NCBI GenBank assembly: GCA_000320545.1
Contig: ADNK01001731.1
Span: forward strand, 1-64,000
DNA length: 64,000 nucleotides
Direction: 5' to 3'
DNA from: Bigelowiella natans CCMP2755
Lineage: Eukaryota > Protista > Cercozoa
Position numbers and translations under genes: made by a program. Positions 53,563-64,000 of the stretch are shown here, one piece after another. How positions within the stretch are numbered: position 1 is the stretch's first letter; each line of letters starts with the position of its first letter. A model generated the notes under the pieces. It was not told where the DNA came from. It was given only the letters and a program-made list of their open reading frames with translations, and ran no database searches.

Positions 53563-54578
53563 TTATGCTCCGGGGGGTATTGCATGAGTTTTCGTCAGGT
53601 GTTTTATTTCGCACTTCAAAGGAATGGCCTTCATCGCATCGTAAAGGTTATTGATTCCTGGACCGTAAAAATACAACATTAAAGAAATTAAGAAAAGAAG
53701 ACGTTGATTTTAGTAAAAACATTGCTATCGAAAAATAATTGACTGTGCAATCGCAGCTTATGACTCGTTTTTTGGGTATTACGCATGTAATGTACAAATT
53801 AGTGCACCAGCATCATCAACTTCTAAGTGCTTTTCATACCAACAGCAGCCAGAAGTGTAGTTTCGAAGTAATCAAATAGCACGATCCAACGCTCTTCCGG
53901 CCTAACCATTTCGAGTATAAACACGTCAAACTTTCTCGTAACTTATGGATTTCACACAAAACTACAACCAAAATATATTAACCTTTTCTAAACCCAATGA
54001 TGAATATAAATGCGTTTTATGCGTATACATACTACCTCAGTTCCATGATTAGTCGAATTGCCGATACGGCTGATTCTCGGAGAGATTTCAAATTTTCCCC
54101 ATCAATCTTGGCAAAATCCTCCCATTCTTCCCCTATCGGATCTACTGCGACAAATCTAACACCGATTTACATTTAAATCGCAAATGAACCATACAATCAT
54201 TCGGTCAAGTTTTAGAATAACAAAGAGCAAAAAACTCTGAAAGTGATAAAAATAACGACAACAAGCAATATCCTTCATGAAAGCATGCATTATTTGGCCT
54301 AATCACATATACGATTATCAGTTTGGAGAACAGAAAGAAAGTGAATACAGATACTCATTTGTGTAGTGTTAGGGATTGGTACATATACCCTTCGGCAGAG
54401 TTTGCGGAGCAAATATACTTGTGAGTTCCTTCCGTGACCCCCCCCTTCGGCAATATCCGAGAGTATCGACTACTTCTCACTCGATTCGCATTAGCAATTG
54501 CAGCATCGATGCATGATTCTGCAGAGAAGTGTTTAACAATATATGTATATGTATAAACAGTACATATATAAATATATT

Positions 54579-54622
<44 letters not shown>

Positions 54623-55405
54623 ATGGTGAACATCTGTGTTAAATTGTAAATTGCTAAAATATCGGTGTATAATATCATTGACATCGTTCACCTGATAAAC
54701 GGGGTATTTCGTTGTTCTGGAGTCGAGATGCGCATATGGAAGGCGTTCCATCGTCATTGAATCCAGCTAGAATCGTCAGCTGCAGGCGATTTTTCGCGTT
54801 TTACATTAAAATTATATTGAGACGAGAAAGACCAGTGAATGCGAGATTATTATATAATCAAATTACTCAGCTACTTATTGGGCACATGTTCTAATGCGTA
54901 CATCTCTTTAAGTATAGACTCATATAGCATCTCATGTGGATGGTCGTCAACGGTACCAAATAGCCATATGTCGCGCCCCAACGAAGATAGAGTGGCCATT
55001 TTGAGCTCACTGGGATGGGTTTCTTCAGCAATGAGTTTACAATTTCTATGGATACGAAATGAGAGAAGTTAAATGGCGTTAGTAATGGAAATATCATCAT
55101 AGGTACAATTTCAAAAAATATGCTTTAATTTTCAATGTGATTGATTTCCAATGAATCGGCTGTGGTGAGAACAAATATCAGGGTAATAATTTGACATTTG
55201 ATGTGTCACACGCTAGGGTTGCACTTATTCAATATCAAAGACCTTTCGATTTGGATCCGACCCACAGAGAAATGGAGATTGGAAAGCCTGATTGAAACAT
55301 TTTGACATTCATGATAAATATAATCGGAAAACTTGCCGTAGAATATTCCAACGACGAAATATTCACTACCACACTGGCATACGCGGACGGATACATCATA
55401 TATGA

Positions 55406-55437
<32 letters not shown>

Positions 55438-57573
55438 ATTTTTCTTTCACATATATATGTGTGTGTATGGAAAGAACACTTGGTGAATACCTTGTTCAGA
55501 GTCATAAGCAGTAACGTGATGTGTCCATAATGGTGGCACCTTTAAGCAGTCATTTTTGCGAACACGTCAGGAGTAAATGTCGATGTAACTGCGTTTTTTG
55601 GTCTTGGAAGGCGTGATTAATATACATAAAGACACCGCTTGTAGGGATATCTAACTCATTATTTCCTCTCAATTTCTTTAATTTAATAACCGCAGGAAAC
55701 CGATATTTCCGTCTTTCAATGTTGTGCTTTTCAGTTGTAGTTGCGATTAAGAATATTAGCTTACGTATAGGATGTCTCCTGGCTCTACCACAGTGTGCAT
55801 CATCCTATGAATAAATTTAATATGTAACTTGTATAAATATAATATATATAATGAAATATATGCCTATATTTATATATATTTCGAAAGTATTGGACATACT
55901 ATACACCTACATGTGCTCATACAGTTAGCAAATAATGAAATATACGCAGTTCAATTGTAATCGAAACCTTTTCAAAATATCCGTTGGAATGTTGCGTCCT
56001 TCGTCTTCCACAATAGCCTTGTGCAAGTCCATTCCGATTTGACCCCTCCGATATCAAAAGCAAGTGGTGAGAATAATAAGAATAAAAACTTTGTAAAATA
56101 TGGCCGAGTTCGACGTTCAAAAGCCGATGATACATATAGTGTATGCTGGCGGATCTTTTCACTCCAGATTTTGTCCCGTAAGTGATGTGTATTTGTGTGC
56201 TTGCGCACACATGTGTTTGTATTCACTCCCCCCGCCTCTTAACCGCTTGGTGTGTATGCGTGTATCGTGCGTTGTGTATTAGCCTTTGTATTTATTCACG
56301 TGTTTTCTGTTATCACTCGGTAGTCACCTCCTTGGATGTAAGTAGGGGTAAGGCGACATGTCGTTGAATGTATCCGGAGGAAGAAACAACCATCGTTTAT
56401 ATCCTATAACCCAAGAAAACCAAAACCAAAGCAGGAAATGCAATATGCCCTCTCAAGACCATATCATAAAATATATACATAATACGTGTAAAGCCATCAA
56501 TATATCAAGTCGAGAAAAACGATAAAGTGGTTGGTTCTGATGTCGTGTGCGAGCGTACATACCATTCGCTTGGAGGAAGAGATTGTGCACATGGTCATAA
56601 TGAGCATGCGCCTTCACTCCTGGCTGGTGGTCGAAAAGAAGATCACGCAGAAGGCAAAGGTTAGGCGTTGTTAACGATAGAAACATCGACGAATTTTATA
56701 GAAGTTTGAGCAACTTGAAACACTCTCGTAATACTCTGACATCCTCACATGCTGGCTTGCAACAGTCTCAGCAAAAAACTTCCACATACACATTTTTTGT
56801 TTAAATATGCGCTCCCAATGCACCCTCCCCCCCTTTCTCCGCCCCCCTCCGCCTCCCTCCTAATCTCTATTGCCGCAATATCCCATCGTACCTTTCCCAT
56901 CCACACGAAGATGAGTTCGGATGTAGTAGGTAGTGAAACCTCCCCGTCTCCTTCTAGTGTCGTTGAGGAATAGCCGCGTCTAGTCGACGCTGCAGCTGAT
57001 GCTAATCCGAGCTCCTTGGGATCTCCGACATCGAGAAGAATACCGGCTTTTTTGCCATCACTCTGCTCTAAGCTGCCAGCATAATATACCCACCTAAAGG
57101 GTTGAAAAAGGAAAATTCGGAGAGATAAGTCAGCAGCAAGAAAAGTGCTTTAAAGACCAAACATGCTTAGTACATGAAATAATATAAATAGGGGGGGGGG
57201 AATAGGGGGCGTATCTAAGAGTTATGTGCGTTATGGGTGTGAATCAGCTTCATCAACAGAAACTATTTCTAATGGGTGCAAATATTTGCTTTGGTAATCC
57301 CGAGTCTTCTCTTCTCATCTTCTGGCGCAAACAATATATCCCAGCACGCTCGCACTGCTTTGCATCTCGCGCTGCGGAGGGGTTGGGTGGAAGGTTCGCC
57401 GATGCTTGCCACTTTCCTCACTGAAGCCCGCAACGGAGGACCGTTGTATTTTGTAAACGTTTGTTCTTCGTCTCTAATGATGATGTGAACTACCTCGGGT
57501 CGGAAAGGTTGAAGATCGCATTGAAAAACTGCACTGTGCTCATTGTTCTTGGGCTGAAACCTGATAAACGTTA

Positions 57574-57615
<42 letters not shown>

Positions 57616-57736
57616 CATGTACTCTAACAACTCACCAGAATCGTATGCTTTCTCATCAATAATTTCTGCCAAAGGAGCTGTTTTGACAGCGTACGTGTAC
57701 GTATCGCTTTCCGGTTCGTCAGACACCTAGAATGTG

Positions 57737-57774
<38 letters not shown>

Positions 57775-58147
57775 TATACGATGTTGTTGGATGGATTGAT
57801 ACAATATATAAAGTGTGCGGAAAAAAAGAGAAAAGGTGAAATGGCAAGGAGAGATGAACATGTTTCTTTCACAGATATTGGCATGGAAATCGTAGATATC
57901 TGACCAAATAAATACCTACAACACATGCTGGCGGCATATCTATAATATACATTCAAATGAACGAATAGTTTGCCGATTTAATAGGCTAAAGCCTCTGACT
58001 CGGATATCCTTCGTGTTGGTGCGGTAGGCCAAATTTGAATGTAACAGGTAGTAGAACGTATCTCTCGTATAGAGGTGATCCTTCTTCCTAACCTGGACGC
58101 GGCTCAGCTCCTGAAGATGCCGTGCTAGGTACGGCTGATTGCGATAC

Positions 58148-58191
<44 letters not shown>

Positions 58192-58305
58192 TTGTGAAGA
58201 AGTCTGTGTATATATGCTTGGTTTACTCGAGCTTAGTGCCATTGGTCAATTCGAATATAGATACCATGCGTATGTAAATGTCTACAGCATTTGGTAGAGA
58301 TCTTC

Positions 58306-58343
<38 letters not shown>

Positions 58344-59670
58344 GTCTGTGTCCATGTGTGCGTGCGGGCGTCGGTAGTAACTGCATTCCATTGTCGCATT
58401 GCGTCCCAATCCCAGGCAGGATTCTACGATGTTAAGCAAGAACAATAACACACTATGAGCGGAAAATCAAAACGACGATTATAGCGTCGATCATAACAGT
58501 AGCAACAATGTATACAAAACACTATGGTTCGCATCTGAGATTTATGCGTCAAACTATCTATCCTTTCTCTCTCCCCCCCTCTGCCCCATCCTCCCCTCAA
58601 ATTAGCACCTTGGTAAAGATGACTGGCGTGTTATTCCGCATGGCCTCTTCCAGCAACCCAGGTTCCCATTCTAAGATCGGGACTTCTGTCATCGTTTTTA
58701 GAATCTTGCTGCTTGCTATTCCTACTAACAAAAAGGGGGGTTGGGGTGAATGGTTATGTAAAGAAGAAATATCATATTTTGATCAGTAGGATCATGTTTT
58801 CGTATATCTCGTAGTTGATACTCTACAGGTTACTGCGTCATTAGCGCATTAGGTTTATAGCATGTATTCACGCGTGCGAGACTATTCCATATTTATGTTG
58901 ATTTCGTTCTCGTTAAGTTCCAATTCACCAACCTGTTGTACTGCCTTTTGATCCTCCGTTTCCGACTTGATTATTTAAGAGATACGCTGTGCTCGTAGCC
59001 ATTGCCAACGCAAACCCAGCAATTATTAGATGAAAACCCCATGCAGAGGATGGGGAGTCAAGCTTCGAACCTCCATTTTTCCTGCTACCTACGCCGCTTA
59101 CTGTTGTCTGCCCTGCCTTGTTTAGATCATTGCTACTGTTTTCATGCGCTTTCGAGGCATTTTTGCTGAGCAGATCGAATTTTTTGGTTTCCAAATCGAA
59201 AGAGAAGAGCTTGGAGTATTTGTTCATCGTCTGTGCATCAACACGTACTTGATGTTAAATGTGAGAGTGTCCCGGACTCGAGGAAACAGAATCATCAAAT
59301 AGTCAATCTATGTGGATCATGGATATTATCAGTTCCATCAGACCTTGGCAGATGTGTCTTTCTCTTCCTCGCCATTTACATATATGAGGAGGCTATACGT
59401 TGCCCTAGAGAACTCTATTTTGGAGACTTTCTCGGAGGGCCGCTTCAGAATCGGGAGGTCAACCTGATAAAGTTTTTGTCCATCCTCGTCCAGCAGACTG
59501 AAATAGGAACGAGTCATGGCGCACTCTATTCAGACTGCTCGTCGCAAACAAACTCATCTTGCCTAGTTTGAAACTATCACGGAGCGCAGCAATAATAGGC
59601 TAGCTTACCTGAGCTTGTTCTGAGACGAGAGGTTAGCGAAGAGGCTCCCATCCTTCGATCGCGCTCGCAT
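53563..59670 (-). CDS. JmjC / cupin-like 2-oxoglutarate-Fe(II) dioxygenase with a transmembrane segment ahead of the catalytic domain
   Basis: Spliced: TM WGFHLIIAGFALAMATSTAYLL (~58977-59042), EEAMRNNTPVIFTK, WDAMRQWN, FVWMGK|PGVKAHAHYDHVHNLFLQAN|GYKRWLFLPP (56893-56375), VVEPGDILY|VPPLWTHHV (~55795-55513). HxD...H iron triad intact. Final exon ends TAA at 53563-53565. Start approximate. Confidence 0.85.
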
Positions 59671-60531
59671 GGATTCTTTTCGTTTGCTGTTTAAACGCAG
59701 AAGTTGGCCTTCCTTGGAAAGTCAGCCGCCCCCTCGACCTTCGCTGTGGTCGTATTATTACCCGGAATGTGGCCCAAATCTTATCCGTTCATACATTGCG
59801 ACAATAAGTTTATGCATTTTTTATCAAAACGCAGTCATTTCTCCCACGCGTCGATTTCGCACGTGCCATTGTCGGGAGTTTAGTAAATTCCAATTTTAGA
59901 ATGAAGACTTCTAGATCTATCCTTCGAATAATGCAGACTAGATTTCCATGGATTTTAAAGGATGTCAGGATGTCCTCAGGATGTCCTGGATATCGGGGTC
60001 CCCGCCCTATTGTCCGGTTCCAGTGCACGGCCGTTTCACTCAGGAATAGAGAACAGCATGATCATCATTAGATCTACTTCCTAAATTATCAAAAAAATAG
60101 GAAAACTAGAAAAATGTGCATATACGTGTCTGTCGCCAATAATTTGTTGAAGCAAATTTGCCATGTTTTAACTCTAATTTGTGCGATGGCGAGCTTGGAT
60201 TAAGCGGGGTAGTTTCTACATTGCTTTGCTGGACTTTTCGTCGAAGCTCGAACCAAAAAGATACTGACATTTCCACACCCGGTATACCACATGCCCTACA
60301 AGACAAAATCCGTTACGTGATTGCCTGCATTTAGTAAAATAACGTGTGCATATTTTTGGGTCCAATGACAATTACGTAGATCTAGTCGTAACTTTCGTAT
60401 TGCGTAAACCCCATTAGATCTACACACATTAGCGAAGACAACGACCGAGGCAGTTCCGCGAGGGGAGGGATAGGCGGGAAATCAGGCACCCATCAAGCAG
60501 CTATTACACTCGCCTTTCCAGAGGAGAAGCC

Positions 60532-63500
60532 ATGGAAGCCATGAAACTGCTAAACGAATTTCTCTCCTCTGCACCGGGGACAGAATCGCAACTTGAAGAT
60601 CTCTTTGAGATTGTCAAGCCATATACACAAAAGCTTGTTGAGGCCATTGAACTTTCCTACATTGAGTTTAAAAGTGAAGATAGTAGAATTCGAGAAGAGG
60701 GAAATGGCAGCGAGGAAGTAAAATACGCAGGGGATGGAGACAACCTGGAGTCCATCCTTAAAGACCTCAAATCATGCGTATCTGAAAACGACATAGTCAA
60801 GCTTACAAAATTTTTCGCCCAAGCAGAATTATCTTCAATTATTGGTGTCCCGGAAAATTGGAAGAATAACCTCAGTGAAGCACTTGGTTCAAACAAATCC
60901 AACCCAGAAAGCCTTGCTAAGGACTGCATAAAAGCGACAGGATTCCCTTTTCGTTACGCTGTGGGCTTTGAAATTGACAAGAAAACGTTCGAAAGGATAA
61001 TGAAAACCGACGGTCTTCACAAAGCTTTAAAGAAGGCTGTAATACACAAGCTTACTCAAATTGAGAAACGTATAGTACGAGAAGAGAAGTCAAAGCTAAC
61101 TAGGTCAGCTCTCAAACCTCTCATCGCAGCACTTCGCACACGGATCGAGTTAAAATCAACAGATGCCAAATCTGTAACCGAATTCGTGTTAAATGCTAAC
61201 AAAACTACCAGTTCACCATTGCAAAAAATGCGACGCCTTTTCAAAGCTATTGACTGGAGGGAACTATGGAAAACGCTTTTATCTAGGCTAGAGCAGGAAG
61301 GTTGGAAAATTATGAAAGAGGGAGGCTTCACTGCGGCTAGCAAGGCTTTAAGACCTCTCCTCGCGCTCTTGGGCCATAAAGTTTTTGATTTTTCGATCCC
61401 ACACCTCGGGCAAATGATAGAACGGGCAATTGGAGCTGCAAGACTAACTAGTTCTCTAATGGATAACGAATCTCTCCCTTATAAAAAAATTGATAGCGTG
61501 ATTACCAAGTTGGAGGAGATCCAGAAACAAGAGGGGATATCGTTAACGACCAAAGGGGTCATAGGCCTCTTGGAGCTTTTTACAGCCCCCGATCTGCAAG
61601 TAGTTTCAGATTCATTTAAGGTTAAGAGAAAAGATATAGAAAATAAGTTTGCGATGTTTAAATTGGCTGTTGAAGATTTTCTTCAAAAGACATTTCGCAT
61701 ATATTTGTTGAATCAAAGAATCTTCCGTTTCTCATCAAGCATTATCCGATTTCATTTGAACAAAAGTTGAAGGAACAGTTTGTATCTTCTGCCTTTCGGT
61801 TTGACGAAAAACTTCATGAAGAAATGCATGATAGACTGAGGACAGTTGTTGAGGAGGCAAAGGAGAAGATAATGAAACATGGCGCTGAAAAGCCAAATTG
61901 GTTCAAGTTCATCGAACCTTTACTAGATCAACTGTTAGAAACGATCGGTACGACCCACCCCAAGAATTTATCTCATTATTTGATAAGTATAAAGGGATCA
62001 GAGGATGAAATTTCGGACGAAGTTTCCTTCTACTCTTCACGGCTTGCAGCTTTGCTACAGGAACTAGATTGGCGTTTTCATTTCAGTAATCTCGCCTATA
62101 AACTACGAGGTATCGTCGAGCAAAAAGTACGAGAGAAGGGGGTCGAACTCATAGCCAAAGAGCTGACGAAGAGGAAGCTGGATATCCACCCAGAAATAGT
62201 AAAGGTAATTATGAACGCCAGTGAACAAGCCCTTAAGGGAGTAAAGAGAGCTGTGGAGATAATGAACTGCAAGGTCGAACAAACCGAAGAATTCACGAAA
62301 AAAACAAGCAAAGCAATAGTTGAACATGTTGAAGAATGTAGAAAGCACTTACGGGAAATGATAGAAAAACTTAAGGAAAAAAAGGGAGAGGAGAAGAATT
62401 TTCATTATCCGGAATCTGATAGAAAGAGTATATCGCGTTCGGAAAAGTTGAACGAGCCTGTCGAGAAGCTAACGAGGTTAGAAAAGAAATGCATGGACTT
62501 AGAGAAAACGATGAGAAATCGGAAACCGATTATAACAAGTGAGGCAACAAAACGTATGGAAAGGTTGGAAGGAGATATCAAGAAGCTGGAGTTGAAGCTA
62601 AAGAATCTGAAGGATGAAAACACAGCAGGGACAGATAAGTGTGTTGAACTTCTCAAATTGAATTTGGCGAGTGTAAATACGGTACAAAGGGATATCAGCC
62701 AGACGATTGATACCATTAAAGACGGATATACTCAGATTAAAGGCGGGCATGCTCAGATTAGATACAGTTATACTCAGATAAAGGAGGAGTTTCTTGCTAA
62801 AAAAAACGACTTTGTAGAGGCAACCGATGATAAGATCCAAGAAATCCAAATGCAAGAGAAGCAACTCATTTCGGATATCTGGAATGAGAAAAATAAAATA
62901 CTTGAAAATGCCAAAGAATTCACTGACAGTGTAGAGCAGGCAATTCGAGCTGAGCTGTTAAAGTTTTTCACGAATTCTCTTAAGAGACTTTTATCGCGCT
63001 TTAAAGTTAGTATAGCTCCAATCGATATGATTTATGCCAATCTTCGCAGCCAAGTACTCGAGATATTGGACGTGGCGAAGATGGTCGTGAATAAATTGCA
63101 TGCTCTCTCCAGACAATATGCCATAATAGCGATATTGTAATTAGAGAATCTCCAACAAACCGGTAACAGCTCATTCTCCAGGCGCCGCAACGAATATATC
63201 ACTTCCTTCAGAGGCTCCGAGTAATATTATAGTTTTATAGAATTATGTTATTCAATTTTTGAATACATTGGAATCTAATATACTTCAACGTTTGTTTTCG
63301 AGTTGTTTCTAACAGCATTTAACATTTGAGTGTGTTTCCATGCCACTTCCAGGTACACCTACCACGGAAATATAAATAGGAAAACAGATGGAGTTTACAC
63401 GGTTGGTACAGTTCATTATCTTCATCCCTTGAAATTTACATAATCATATGCAACAACAGGTAAGTCCACGAGGCGTTGTTAAGTCAGGGAGCAACAAGGT

Positions 63501-64000
63501 TACGATCCAGATCGATGTCCCAGGAATGCAAGAAACGCCATATTTGGTCTTTCCAAACAACTTGGAGGGGTTGCTCAAGGCTGGGTTCTATCGCGACCAG
63601 ATTCTTCGGTAAGTTCTAATAGGGTAGTGATTTGAAGATTCAGTATTCTAAGGTTTTTACTTATTTCTTTGGTCGAAAATATTGAATTAACAGATTCTGG
63701 AACCTAGACAGCTCGGAAGAAGATAAACTTAATTTTAAAGCAGAAACCAGAGATAGCCATCTGCATGAATATTCGGGTTTATATTCGAAACTACCAGCCC
63801 ATATTGATAATCTCATAAGTGTGGTGAAGTCCTCGGACGTTTCAGCACTTGTGGAATGGGTTCTTAAAAGTGCTACAGAGTTTGATGTACGTAGTAGATA
63901 CAAAAAACCTAAATGCTATCCTTTTTTTGGAGTACAAATTCTAAAAGATGAATGAACTCGCACTTACTCATATGCTGTTTTAACAATATTCAAATGCTGA
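60532..64000 (+). CDS. Large alpha-helical / coiled-coil protein with ~2.5 kb of near-uninterrupted 5' coding sequence (frame break at ~61.7 kb) followed by short exons; truncated by the window end
   Basis: ORFs 60532-61770 and 61767-63140 have the same E/K/L-rich composition. Splice-bounded exons continue downstream (YTYHGNINRKTDGVYT ~63353, VSPRGVVKSGSNKVTIQIDVPG ~63460, FWNLDSSEEDK ~63694). Confidence 0.7.
62724..62786 (+). repeat. Three imperfect 21-bp (7-aa) tandem units in coding sequence: GYTQIKG / GHAQIRY / SYTQIKE
   Basis: GGATATACTCAGATTAAAGGC, GGGCATGCTCAGATTAGATAC, AGTTATACTCAGATAAAGGAG. Confidence 0.85.

Noticed and set aside
53563-59670. JmjC dioxygenase as the enzyme responsible for the neighbouring mutated islands
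   Set aside because: It is a TM-anchored JmjC-type protein, not TET/JBP or AlkB-like, and eukaryotic adjacency gives no functional link.
59960-59990. Short GGATGTCC-like tandem repeat (and the 49662-49703 repeat) as a CRISPR-like array
   Set aside because: Only two or three adjacent imperfect units with no spacers, in eukaryotic promoter-type spacers.
60532-63140. Overlapping long ORFs as a retrotransposon gag-pol or a viral/prokaryotic operon
   Set aside because: No protease, RT, integrase or zinc-knuckle motifs, no LTR/TIR seen, and spliced exons continue downstream.

Overview
Eukaryotic nuclear DNA, gene-dense and very intron-rich. It probably comes from a flagellate alga with a secondary plastid, possibly a chlorarachniophyte (inference from a signal+transit-peptide HAT protein, a PPR-SMR protein and a tubulin deglutamylase). 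Most entries in the ORF track are exon fragments or spurious. Splicing by eye gives about 12 genes: an unknown gene (-), a cytosolic carboxypeptidase CCP/AGBL (+), a small plastid-targeted HAT/TPR protein (-), two weak hypothetical genes, a secreted Ser/Thr/Pro-rich protein (+), a PPR-SMR protein (-), a MAP kinase kinase (+), a large Tyr-kinase-like protein (-), a cytochrome P450 (+), a membrane-anchored JmjC dioxygenase (-), and a large helical/coiled-coil gene with an internal frame break (+, runs off the window). The most unusual signal is intergenic. Discrete 0.8-1.9 kb islands (about 15.4-17.3, 41.0-42.4 and 52.6-53.3 kb) lie between convergent gene ends. In them TAY/RTA trinucleotides are strongly depleted, surviving TA is mostly in YTAR context (CTAG, CTAA, TTAG), TG/CA/CG are abundant, and relic reading frames look Tyr-to-Cys/His converted. 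This suggests a targeted, context-specific A>G (T>C) hypermutation, opposite in direction to fungal RIP and to 5mC decay. Exon boundaries and counts were made by eye and are approximate.
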